From NCBI RefSeq assembly GCF_039654945.1, contig NW_027361679.1, positions 123,938,001 to 124,002,000 on the forward strand: DNA of 64,000 nt, read 5' to 3'. The translations under genes were made by a program, and so were the position numbers. Of this stretch, positions 1 to 11,989 are shown piece by piece; position 1 is the first letter of the stretch, and each line of letters starts with the position of its first letter. The notes below the pieces were generated by a model, which saw nothing but the letters and a program-made list of their open reading frames with translations, was not told the DNA's origin and ran no database searches. This DNA is from Dendrobates tinctorius. Lineage: Eukaryota.

Positions 1-542
1 TATGCTGCTGTGGAATCATCAGGTGTTGGCCAAGTTTTATTTCCTGCACTGTACAGAATTGCAACCAAAATGTACCAGTGCTACCGTCGCAGCCAACTAA
101 GTATTTAAGTTCTGGCTAAAAGCAAGAATCCCTACAGGGCAACAGTATCACATGATCAGTAAGGTGAAGTCTGTTTGGTCAGTGGAAGAGCCAAGAAGAA
201 AAGTAAATGTGGAACCAAGACACAAGAATCCACGGAGAAGTAATTTGATAATAAACTTGATGAATTGTTTGTCGCTCATGTGGATACCATGAAACTTATA
301 AAGTTTCAGGGAGATAGTGACTGTTGACTTCTTGCTTAAAGAGAAAAAGGTAAGGTAGTAGTGAAAGCATGGGGTAAGACACAGGTGGACAAGGTAAGAA
401 GATTTAAGAGAATTACAGGCAGAGAAACGAGGAAAAATGGAAACTGAGCAAGTTCAGCAGTTGACAGCAACAGCTGAACTTTGCAGTAGTAGTAGCACCA
501 GTTGCAGCGACAACGATAGTGATAAGGGCAAAGGACATTTTA

Positions 543-908
543 GGGCCCGTTACATTTAGCGATGCACCAGCGATCCCAACGATATGACCTGGTCAGGATC
601 GCTGGTGCATCGCTAAATGGTCGCTAGTGAGCTGCCACACAGGCAGATCTCACGAGCGACGTAGCAGCGGTCGGTGGTCGTTACTTAGCTGTCAGACGCG
701 GCGATGAAAACATCCTCCGGCCTGCGTCGCTCGTCGGCGCCAGCAGGAAGCCGCCGATGAGAAACGGCCCATGAAGTTCTCGCGCGATCAGCGATAGCCA
801 GCAGGGGAGCCGGTCGGAGGTATCACACATAGCGATATCGCTAGCAATATCGCTGCTGAGTCACAAAATCGGTGACGCTTTAGCGATACCTCTATGTGTG
901 AAGGCCCC
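543..908. mobile_element. PIF/Harbinger-type MITE (family A)
   Basis: TTA target duplication (540-542, 909-911), termini GGGCCCGTTACA / TGTGAAGGCCCC, internal AGCGAT/ATCGCT inverted motifs. Confidence 0.8.
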
Positions 909-1221
909 TTAAGTCTCAAGAAACGGAAGTCGTTAAGATTGTTACTCTGGAAGTTGCTGCAGCTCTTCACAACTAATTCCAGTGATAAAACAGTGACCTA
1001 CCTGCTTGCTGCGGCTTCTCAGTCTCTTGGCCATGATTCAGTCTCACGTTAAATAGGGAACCTATTAGACAGGCTCATCACTGGCATAGAAAGATTGCAG
1101 TCAATGCCATCAAACCTTCCTTCGATAGCAGTGGAACACTGACTGTTCACTGGGAAAGTTAAAAGGTTTGCAAGCCAGACCCCACAATGAAAATGCTGAG
1201 CGACTGGCAGTACTAATGTTA

Positions 1222-1395
1222 GGGCTCATACTCACATGTGAGAAACTCGGACGAGTCGCGCACGTGAATATCCAGGCACTGCCGCCAGCACTCGGAGTGT
1301 TCAGCTGCATCTATTTCTATGCAGCTGAACGTTCCGATCTGAGTGCCGGGTATTGACGTGCAACACTCATCCAAGTTTCTCACATGTATGAGCCC
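1222..1395. mobile_element. Short Harbinger-type MITE
   Basis: TIRs GGGCTCATAC..CATGTGAGAAACT / AGTTTCTCACATGTATGAGCCC, following TTA. Confidence 0.7.
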
Positions 1396-2289
1396 GTAGT
1401 AAGAGGAACTGAAAAGTTGGTGTCGGTCCCAAAAATGCCTAACAGCACAGGAGCCTCGCGTTTTTATTATTTTTGACGGTGAGGTTCCAACCACAAAAAA
1501 AAGTTGAGATGATACTGGCTCTGTAGATGGTCAGATGGAAGGCAACGATGTCTGCTCAACTCGCGTGAAGCTTGCTGAAGACCTTGTGCCACACAAGAAG
1601 CTTCATCACTTCATGTCATCCAACACAAAAAAAATAAAAAAATAAAAAACTTTGCTGCACTGGAAATAAATCAAGATTTTCTTTGTCAAGATAAATTGAC
1701 TGTGGCAATTTAAAGCAAGTTACATTGATGCATCCACAAAAGTCTTCGGATTGAAAATCATGAATTATGCCACAGAACACTCCATTGCTCTCATCAGTAT
1801 ATTCAATTCGTTAAGAACTCAAGACGACCAGAAACAGTTTATTCTCTAGTGTGTGGAAAAGCATCGCCATGAACTATCCTGTTCCACAAACCGCTTTTCG
1901 ATAACAAAAGTGAAGCTACTGTAAAATTGTACATTTACTTAGCTGCACGATATTACAAATTGTTAGTTTTGTGATGATTGAGCCACCAGTAAACAAGGTT
2001 GCGATGTCATGAAAGATTGTGTATGTTACAATGTTTACGCAGTTGTGGAAACAAAGTTAGAATATTCCTTTAAATAAAGCAAAGAGCTTTTTGTTAATTG
2101 ATAAAAATAAACTGAAGGAACAAAAGATAAATCAAAATTTGGCTTGCCCATCCATTGCTTGGAGAAAAGCATCAATTTTTCTAACTACAGTATTTTTGAC
2201 GGAACTCGGCAGGGAGGTTGTTCTAAACATGTTGTAGGACAAACCACAATACTGTGGCTTGCTCAAACCAGTCTCTCCATTTAATTCCA

Positions 2290-2702
2290 GACTGACGTTG
2301 GATCGGAAAGAGTCCTCAATGCTCCATTGTACAGTACCATCAGGGAGGAGTCTGGCCCAATCTATTCTGCAGAAGGACATCAACCCCAAGCATACAACCA
2401 GTATCATTAAAATCTATCAACAAAAAACAAGGAATGATGTAGCCCCCCCACAAAGCCCTGATTTCAACATGGAGTCTGTGTAGGACTGCACGAAGAGACA
2501 GAAGGATTTGCACAAGTAATACACACAAGATATGCAGTTATTTTTTCAAGATGTTTGGAACAACCTTCCTGCTAAGTTCCTTCAAACACTGTGTGCAAGT
2601 GGACCCAGAATAATTGATGCTTAGAAGGCGAAATAGGGACATGAAATATTGACTTCTCTTTTGCAGTATTTTTTCCCACACCTGCCTAAAAGTTTTGCAC
2701 TG
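2290..2702 (+). mobile_element. Tc1-like transposon 3' remnant
   Basis: Degenerate ILQKDINPKHT and PPQSPDFNME motifs. Ends in a TIR-like aaaagttttgcactg. Confidence 0.65.
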
Positions 2703-3189
2703 ATATACAAGTCATGTTGATCACACAGGTACCGACTGCCTCTATAAGATATAGGAGTGCTCATGTGGAAATGCCATAAATGTGAGATGGTGACATAACT
2801 TTCCAACATAATCTGCTATCCATATTCCATAGTTCTATAAAACATCAAGAATCTGGTGTGTATACTTTTAAGAACGAAAAGTTGCGAATTTGTCATGACT
2901 TGGTAGAAGAAACACATGATGACATGGCTCTGTTCACACTAACATATCAGTTGTGATAAAAGCAAATTGTACTGTATCTATTAGAAGACTGGGTAATGAT
3001 AATACTAATACAATTAGATTAACCTGTGAAATGTAGGCAGAGCTTTTTAAATTGTATCAGATGGGAACTGTGTATGTGAAGATTAAGTAGTTAGTCACTG
3101 ACTTTTTTCCATTCAGAATTTGTTTGAGGCAGAACTGAAAGTCTCTTAAAAGAAAGACACCACAAGCTACACTCCAAAAGGATTTTTTC

Positions 3190-3195
3190 TTTATT
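3190..3195 (-). terminator. Distal poly(A) signal AATAAA
   Basis: Sense reads gtttgAATAAAgaaaaaatcc, followed by GU-rich downstream sequence gtgtagcttgtggtgtcttt. Confidence 0.75.
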
Positions 3196-3811
3196 CAAAC
3201 CAGGAGGTATTCACCAGTTAGTGCAAAATGCACTGCAAACCTTCAGCCTGAGGAATTTACATTGAGATGGCTCCTATACCCCAGATTATCAGCAAAAGGG
3301 ATGCGACAGGCATGGGGCATAAATCAACTCTCTACATTGGTGACTTCGGAGCAGGTGGCTGTTCCCTGAACTCTGCCTCATGTCAAGTAACAAAATTAAG
3401 AACTACACTCAGTAGGAACTCATTGGGTAACCTTGAGATGCTGACTTATTGCACTCAACAACCCACAACCCCAAAATAAAATTAAGGAAAATATATTCAG
3501 AAGCAAGGAGTTAAAAATTTTCTGAACTCCAGTGTCACCGGAAACCCTGCAATTAAATTAAAAAATAAACCTGCATACATAGTAGAAAATTTTCTTTTAA
3601 AAAATTCACAATCTTTAAATGTATATATTTTTATATCTTTAAACATAAAAGTTTACAATTTATGGTAAAACAAAGGCTCAGAAAAAAAATACTTCCCCCC
3701 TCCCCCCAACAAAAAAAAAAAAAAGAAAACAAATTAACCAAAAAACCTGAAGAGTTCTGTTAAAGCTGCAGATGTTTTCAAAACCCTGTTTGGAACCAGT
3801 GACTCATTGGC

Positions 3812-3817
3812 TTTATT
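3812..3817 (-). terminator. Proximal poly(A) signal AATAAA
   Basis: Sense reads cacaAATAAAgcc, about 175 nt after the stop, with U/GU-rich tracts further downstream. Confidence 0.6.
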
Positions 3818-3992
3818 TGTGCTGATGGGTCAAAAAAAAGATGTAAAAACTTTAGTCCAAACACCCACAGCTTCTCCTTCAAACGTACAACCTCCCAAAG
3901 TCTCTAGCAGGATGGGTCTTCACCAGGTGATTGTCACAAGTTCAGAGGTGGATGTACCCTCTAGTCTCCTCTGTGCATACGCTTCCCTGATG

Positions 3993-4165
3993 TTAACGTC
4001 TGTAGGGGTGGAATTGCACATTGTGATTCTGCCCTCGTCCCGCGCCACTTCCCCCAGCGGCCGGGCCTGCCGATGCTGGTGCAGTGGGTCCTGTTGTATA
4101 AGATGGGGGCTGTTGGCTGAGGTCCGAGAAACTCTGTCCAAACCCACTCATGTCCTGTCCATATC
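3993..4165 (-). CDS. DAZAP1: DAZAP1 last coding exon (approx. exon 12) with C-terminal PY-NLS-type shuttling signal
   Basis: Translates (G)YGQDMSGFGQSFSDLSQQPPSYTTGPTAPASAGPAAGGSGAGRGQNHNVQFHPYRR* (TAA 3993-3995). Acceptor ttattctttgtag. Confidence 0.97.
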
Positions 4166-6204
4166 CTACAAAGAATAAAAGGACAGTATTACGTTACATA
4201 TGACGAGTATAACTTGTGCTGCATCACAGACACTAGGAATGTAGTGCTCGAGACAAAAAAACCTCACACCAAGTGTACATCATATTATTCAGTTTAAAAA
4301 GGTAATTTATTAACAGAAAAAAAATACCCTATGTCCCATAGCCTAGAATGTGAAAACATAAAATAGAAAAGCAGATGCTATTAGGAAGGCAGTCATGTTT
4401 ACTTCCCCCAAAAATGCTAGTATACGTGAGCATGGAAATTTAGGAGGAAGGGGCTGGGATTTTAGGATGCATATTTTTTGGTTTACCCATGGCCATTTTG
4501 TTGGTAGGAGGCATCTAGTTAGTAGTAACTATACCAACAGTGGTTCACATAGGGGTTGTGCTTCACAAGGGCATAGAAGCCATTTTTTGTATAAATTGGC
4601 AAATGTAATCAGACTGCTCATATAATATGCAACTATTCTAGTATTAAACACCAAATGGGGCCTCCATTAAAAAAAGGGGAGCCGGACGTAATTTACTCAC
4701 CATTGTCCTGATAATGAATGTATGTATGTATGCATGCATGCATCAAGCGTGGCCTCCCTTACATATCTGCACAACTTACTGCTCACCTTCCCCAGAATCC
4801 TGAATTTTGATCTGCACAGGGATAAAACCCCACGTATAGCCATCTGTTCAGTGTACAGGAAAACTGGGTGACGAGACTAATTTTGCCTTGATACAAACAA
4901 AACGGCTTTTTTTTTTTTTTTTTTTTTTAATATAAGCAGTATATTCTCCATTGCAGCTTGACAGAGGTCAGTATCCAGCTTTCTCAGACTTCAGAATGTC
5001 TTATCTGCCTAGTTACACAGCAATAAATTCACTATATAGATTTGCCTTTCAGGAAAGCTTGGTAATAAACAGTGTGGAGCGCTAATAAGAGATCTGCTCA
5101 ATATTCAAATAAAGATTTTGTATCTACATACAAAAACCTCCAGAACTAAAGTGTTGGCCCTTCAGGAGCCGGCAAAAGCAGGGTATCAGGTCAGCATATA
5201 TTCAGAAATATCGGTGTATTCTAAACATTCCTGCTGCATTTATAAAAAACTGTCAGGAAAGTATTTTCCTCACTATTAAAAAAAAAAAACATCCGTTTCC
5301 CATTTTCATTTTTGCCTCTCCAATGTCACCAGTCCATGGTCGCTGACAGCTTACGGCAAGTTGTAGTGTACTGGTAAGTGACCGATCTGCAGTAGGGATG
5401 CCAACACAGACTCACAGGGAATCGCTGACTGGTGATGCTGGACCAGCAGGGATTTCATTTCTTTCTCTTAGCAGCCCTGAAAACTTATTTACCCGGATTA
5501 TTCACTACATATTTTTGTATTAAAATGTATTAACGGTGGTGATAAAAAAACATCAGCAACTAGACCGCTGTTGCTCCTCCACATCACTGACCATCACCCA
5601 CCAGTTTCCTCACTTCCTTTTCTGGCGGGGAGAACATGTGACCTTGGCAATCAATCAGCAGTCACTGATTAGCTGCAGCTTTCAGGTTCCATCTGAGCTA
5701 GAAGACAAAGGATCTCTTTCGGGACAGACAATGCTGCCTGGGGACTGTGCACTTTCAACATTTCCCTGTCACACTGTGGGCAATAGCATGACATTAAAAC
5801 CATTCATATCAGGCTAAGAGTTAGGACTTTTCATTGATGCAGCCACTTACAAGACACTGTTTTGTTACTGTACAAAAATGGTATGCGTGCACCTATAAAG
5901 TGTTTTGGGGAGGCAAATTTCCTCCATCAGTATGCGGAAATGTGAGAGTGACCATAAAGTACAATTTAGTAGCTAACTGTAAAATTAAGTTGATACCAGA
6001 AGATAATGTGTTCAAAGAAATCAGCAGATCAACACTTACAAATGGATACACAAAATACGCATAATTACACATGTCCGATCTCAACAACACGTTAGTTGTG
6101 TAACGCATTACATTTTATCAACGCCAATTTAAAATCTCGCGCCATCCAGTAAAAAGAAACTGGACACCAACATAGCATCCTTCTGCAAGAGAGATGGTTA
6201 GATA

Positions 6205-6373
6205 GATATTTTTTTTTATTATTCTCACGTATGTAGGAATATGTAGGAATCTATGCCCTCGTAGGGAACTTAGATTGTGAACCCCATTCAGTATGTGGAA
6301 TGTGGTGGGATTTGAACTCAGGATCACAGCACAGCAAAGGAACAGTACTAACCACTGAGCCACCATGCTGCCC
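6205..6373 (-). mobile_element. tRNA-derived SINE fragment
   Basis: Reverse strand GGGCAGCATGGTGGCTCAGTGG (A box) and GAGTTCAAATCC (B box). Related to the SINE at 29915-30126. Confidence 0.65.
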
Positions 6374-6429
6374 AAGCCAACAGATGGTATGTCAGGCATC
6401 CATGCAGAAAAAGAAAAAAACATCGTAAA

Positions 6430-7238
6430 AAAGGAACCTGTCTCCAGGTTTTTGCTATCCCGAGAGCAGCATAATGTAGTTATAGAGACCCTGATTCCAG
6501 TAATGTGTCACTTTCATACAATCACTGTTTTATCTGCAGAAGATCTACCGGTTGTCTGAATACTACTGATTGGCAGCTTTTTATGTATGCTGTACATGGG
6601 CAAAAAGCTGCCAATCAGCGGTGGGGACGGGTTTATACAGCACTCCTATAAATGTTAAACTACCTGGCAGACAGTTTACTAGTCCTCTAATAATCTACTG
6701 ATAAAACACAGATTTTATGGAAACTACAGTATGCAGTCCAGTAAGGGTACCGTTACACCTAGCGACTCACCAGCGATCCCGACCAGCGATATGACGCTGT
6801 CAGGATCGCTGGTGAATCGCTGGGTGGTCGCTAGTGAGCTGCCACTCAGGCAGATCTCACTAGCGACATCGCAGGGGACGGGGATCGCTACTTACCTGTC
6901 AGACGCGGCGATCCTGCGTCCTCCCGCTCGGCTCCACGCGTCGCTCGTCGTCACAGCAGGAAGCGCCACAGGAAGTGACCGACGAGGAATGGTCCAGCAG
7001 CTTCTCGCGCGACCAGCGATAATCAGCGGGGGAGCCGGTCGGAGGTAAGTATCACATGCAGCGATATCGCTAGTAATATCACCGCTACGTCATCACAAAA
7101 TCGGTGACTTTACAGCGATATTGCTAGCGATATCGCAGTGTGTAACGGGGGCTTAAGTGACACCACTGGAATCAGAGACTGATTCCATCATGCTGCTCTC
7201 ACATTAGGTGGCAAAAACCTGGTGAGAAATTCCCTTTA
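6430..7238. mobile_element. Kolobok/T2-type MITE hosting a Harbinger MITE
   Basis: Termini AAAGGAACCTGTCTCCAGGTTTTTGC / GCAAAAACCTGGTGAGAAATTCCCTTTA with inverted internal arms. Confidence 0.7.
6745..7153. mobile_element. Harbinger-type MITE (family A)
   Basis: TAA TSD (6742-6744, 7154-7156). CpG-rich and highly similar to 25688-26083 in the opposite orientation. Confidence 0.85.
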
Positions 7239-8587
7239 CATGTCAAAAACAATATTTTTCAGCATGGAAGACTATGGGGCAATGGATGGCATTTGTTTCC
7301 ATGTATGTTTAAACTTTGCTGCCAAACATCTTGGGATATGTTGTGATAAGTTAAAGTGGGATATGGTTCTATGGATGTACATCACATACATCCATAGAAC
7401 TAAATAGAAGTATACATAAAACAATAAATGGGTTAGATTTATATTGGACACGATACTTCTTGTTTAAATAAAACAGGGGTGGGGAACCTCCAGCCTGCAG
7501 GCCATACATGGCACACAATGTCATTTTCTCAGGCTCCTGTGTAGACTCCCAGGGGTCACAATGCTTTGACTTGTGGTCCTGTTTTGCCAGCCCTTTAATT
7601 TATCTTTACACTGAGCACACGCACATGAACGCTGCTGCGCAATGAAGGATTATATCCAGACGCTGACCAGTAACCAGGATATGGATATCCTTTGTGAGCT
7701 GAATTAATGTGCTCTGTACTCCCATCCCCATTAACCCCTTTGTGACAGCCAATTTTGACCTTAATGACCAGGCCAAATCTTACAATTCTGACCACTGTCA
7801 CTTTTTGTGGTAATAACTCAGGAACGATTCAATGGATCCCGGTGATTGAGACTTTTTTTTCCGACATCATACGTCACGATAGTGGTAGAATGTGTTTGCT
7901 CCGACTTGCGTTTGTGAAAATATCGGAAATTTGGCAAAAATTTTACAATTTTCTAACTTTTAATTCTTATGCCCTTAACCCCTTCACGACCTTTGACGCC
8001 ACATAGGCATCATGAAAAGTCGTGCCAAAACGACTCATGACGCCTATGCGGGTCGGGTGACCGGGGTCACTGAAAGGTCACCCGACCCTCAGATACAGGG
8101 GGCTTTGTCCTTCACCATAGGGGGCGTGGCTTCGCCCCCACGTGGCTACGATCGCTCTGATTGGCTGTTAAAAGTGAAACAGCCAATCAGAGCGATAGTC
8201 GGACATGGCTGGAGACCGTGATCCGACCCCCCCCCCCCGACTCACGGGACTGATCGGCCCCCGATACCGACTGACGGCGGCAATGTGCCGCCGCCATCAT
8301 CTGCTCCCCTCCCCCTTCTCTAGGCTCCACCCACCTTCCGACCCCCCCCTCACCCCCCGGTACCTCCGATGTCCCTCTCCTGCTCCCGGTGTCCCGTGGT
8401 CCTGATTCATGGGCGCCGCCATCTTGGAAAATGGCGGGCGCATGCCGGCTGCAGATTAATTCATTCATTCTATTTTGATCACTGTGAGAGTTTATCACAG
8501 TGATCAAAATAGAATGAAAAGTAAATAAACCCCCCCGTTTATCACCCCCATAGGCAGAAACAAATAAAATAAATTTTTATTTTTCCA

Positions 8588-8667
8588 TTAGGGCTAGGGT
8601 TGGAACTAGGGCTAGGGTTGGAACTAGGGCTAGGGTTGGAACTAGGGCTAGGGTTGGAACTAGGGCT
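8588..8667. repeat. 18-bp tandem repeat (TAGGGCTAGGGTTGGAAC)n, telomere-like, inside a MITE
   Basis: About four direct copies visible. Confidence 0.9.
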
Positions 8668-11600
8668 GTGGTTACGGGTGTGTTGGGGTTAGGTTTGGAG
8701 TTAGAATTGAGAGGTTTCCACTGTTGAGGCACATCAGGGGGTCTCCAAACGTGACATGGTGCAACCATTGATTCCAGCCAATTTTGCGTTCAAAAAGTCA
8801 AACGGTGGTCCCTCCCTACCAAGCCGCGACGTGTGCCAAAACAGTGGTTAACCCCAACATATGGGGTATCGGCGTACTCAGGAAAAATTGCACAACAACT
8901 TTGGTGGTCTAATTTCTCCTGTTACCCTTGGGAAAATAAATTGTGGGCTAAAAAATTATTTTTGTGGAAAAGAAAATGATTTTTTTATTTTCACGTCTCT
9001 GCGTTATAAACTTCTGTGAAGCACTTGAGGGTTCAAAGTGCTCACCAGACATCTAGATAAGTTCCTTGGAAGGTCTAGTTTCCAAAATGGGGTCACTTGT
9101 GGGGGGTTTCTACTGTTTAGGCACATCAGGGGCTCTGCAAACGTAACGAGGACCGCAGACCTTTCCATCAAAGTCTGCATTTCAAAACGTCAGTACTTCC
9201 ATTCTCAGCCCTTACGTGCGCCCAAACAATGGTTCCCCCCCCCCACATATGGGGTATCAGCGTACTCAGCACAAACTGGACAACAACTTTTGGGGTCCAA
9301 TTTCTCCTGTTATCCTTGTGAAAATAAAAATTTGCGAGCTAAAAAATAATTTGAGGAAAAAAATATTTTTTATTTTCACAGCACTGCGTTATAAACTTCT
9401 GTCAAGCACCTGGGGGTTCAACGTGCTCACCACACATCTAGATAAGTCCGATAACGATTGGAGCTAATTTTTCATTCAAAAAGTCAAATAGCGCTCCTTC
9501 CCTTCCGGACCCTGCCATGTGCCCAAACAGTGGTTTATGACCACATATGAGGTATCGGTGTACTCAGGAGAAATTGCCCAACAAATTTTAGCATCCATTT
9601 TATCCTGTTGCCCATGTGAAAATGAAAAAACTGAGGCTAAAAGAAAAATTTTTGTGAAAAAAAAAATTTTTTTTTACCGATTTGTGAAGCACCTGGTGGG
9701 TTCAAAGTGATCATTATGCATGTAGATAAGTTCCTTGGGGGGGTGGGGGTCTAGTTTCCAAAATAGGGTCACTTGTGGGGGAGCTCCAATGTTTAGGCAC
9801 ACAGGGCCTCTCCAAACGTGACATGGCAACCGCTAAATATTCCAGCATGTTTTCCATTCAAAAAGTCAAATGGCGCTCCTTCTCTTCTGAGCCCTGCCAT
9901 GTACCCAAACAGTGGTTTATGACCACATATGAGGTATCGGTGTACTCAGGAGAAATTGCCCAACAAATTTTAGGATCCATTTTATCCTGTTGCCCATGTG
10001 AAAATGAAAAAATTGATGCTAAAAGAAAATTTTTGTTGTAAAAATTAAAATGCTCATTTTTTCTTCCCACGTTGCTTTAGCTCCTGTGAAGCACCTGAAG
10101 GGTTAATAATCTTCTTGAATGTAGTTTTGAGTGGCTTGAGGGGGTTCAGTGTTTAGAATGGTGTCACTTGGGTATTTTCTGCCATATAGACCCCTCAAAG
10201 TGACTTCAAATGTGAGGTGGTCCCTAAAAAAAATGGTTTTGTAAATTTTATTGTAAAAATGAGAAATCGCTTATCAACTTTTAACCCTTATAACTTAACA
10301 AAAAAAAAAAAAAAAAATTTGTTTCCAAAAATTTAGTAACCACTTTATGTCACATAACTCTCTGGTTTAACAGAATAAAAATTCAAAATTTGAAAATTGC
10401 GAAATTTTCAAAATTTTTGCCAAATTTCTGATTTTTCACAAACGCAAAAATCAACCTAAATTTACCACTAACATGAAGCCCAATGTCACGAAAAAAGAAT
10501 CCCAGAATCGCTAGGATCCGTTGAAGTGTTCCTGAGTTACATGATAGAAAATAGCAGAAAAGTGACACCATTCTAAAATCTGCACCCCTCAAGGTGCTCA
10601 AAACCACATTCAAGAAGTTTATTAACCCTTCAGGTGCGTCACAAGAACTAAATCCATGGGGAAGGAAAAAAATGAACATTTAATTTTTTTTTCCACAATG
10701 GTTACAGGATAAAATGGACCCCAAAATTTGTAGTGCAGTTTGTCCTGAGTGCGCAGATATCCCATATGTAGGGGAAAACTATTCTCTGGGCGCACAGCAG
10801 GTCTTGGAAGGGAAGGCGCACCATTTGACTTTTTGAACGCATAAACGGCTGAAATTGAAAGCGAACTCCATGTCGCGATTGGAGAGCTCTTGATGTGTTT
10901 AAACAGTGGAAACCCTGCAACAAGTGACCCCATTTTGGAAACTAGACCCCCTCAAGGAACTTATCAATGTTTGGTGAAAACCTTGAACCTACAGGTGTTT
11001 CAAGGAAGTTTATAACAGAAAGCCATAAAACACAAAAACCCTTACTTTTAGCCACAATTTTTTCAATTTCACAACGTAACAGGGGAAATGGACCTAAAAA
11101 TGTGTTGTACAATTTCTGCTGAGTACGCAGATATCCTATTTGCAGGGAAAGACTACTGTATGGGTGCACGTCAGGGCTCGGAAAGGAGAGACGTTTTTGA
11201 ATGCAAACTGATGCAATGGTCTGCGAGTGTCATGTTGCATTTGAAGAACCTTTGATGTGCCTAAAAAGCGGAAACCCCCCACAAGTGACTCCATTTTTGA
11301 AACTACACCCCTCAAGGATTTTATCCAGGAGCATAGTGAGCATTTTGAACTAACAGGTGCTACACAGAATTTGACGACATTAGGTCATCAAATGGAAAAT
11401 TTTCATTTTTTTCATGAATATGTTTTAGCCCCAAATTTTAATTTTCACAATGGATAATAGGTGAAAACGGACCTCATAATTTATTATGGAATTTCTCATG
11501 AATTTAACATTCACGCCAGGCTTTTATTCCTGGAGAATTGCAAATATGCCAGTTTAGTGCCCATACATTGTGCCTAGATTGCATTTCTGGAGATATGCCA

Positions 11601-11729
11601 CCCTGTTAATTGTTAAGGGCTCCATCCCCACTACAATAATGCCAAACATGTGGCCGCTTACTGCGGTTTAGGCACAGTGGGGCATTTGGGAGAGGAGAAT
11701 TCACTGAATTTTATTTGAGGGGTCGGGAG

Positions 11730-11989
11730 TAGAGTTGAGCGACTTTGGTCGGATCGGGTTTCGTGAAACCCGAATGAAACAAAATAAGTTTCAGATGAAA
11801 CTCGTCCGACTAGAGCAAAAAAAAGTCGGAGTTTCGTCCGACTTTTATTTCCCATTGACTTGCATTGGGGTCGGGTTTCGGACGAAACTCCGACTTTGTT
11901 TTGCTCTAGTCGGACGAGTTTCATCTGAAACTTATTTTGTTTCATTCGGGTTTCACGAAACCCGATCCGACCAAAGTCGCTCAACTCTA
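11730..11989. mobile_element. Foldback hAT MITE, 260 bp
   Basis: Exact 8-bp TSD GTCGGGAG (11722-11729, 11990-11997), termini TAGAGTTGAGCG, ~112-bp arms with one visible mismatch. Confidence 0.92.

Larger units (their letters stand above)
1..1890 (+). pseudogene. Degraded hAT-superfamily (hATm-like) transposase, internally deleted and interrupted by two MITEs
   Basis: Broken translations FWLKARIPT (~110-145), LDELF..AH (~255-280), LTVHW...ERLAVL (~1140-1215), EKLVSVPKMPNSTG (~1410-1450) and LKIMNYATEHSIALISIFNS...QKQFIL*CVEKHR (~1750-1870). Family name from recall. Confidence 0.65.
3170..3992 (-). other. DAZAP1: DAZAP1 3' UTR (long form), U/AU-rich
   Basis: Runs from the stop codon to the distal AATAAA, with no TE recognised and long U tracts on the sense strand. 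The 3' end is estimated about 20 nt past the signal. Confidence 0.75.

Noticed and set aside
8588-8700. Interstitial telomere
   Set aside because: Variant TAGGGC/TAGGGT repeats internal to a piggyBac-like element, not a (TTAGGG)n array.
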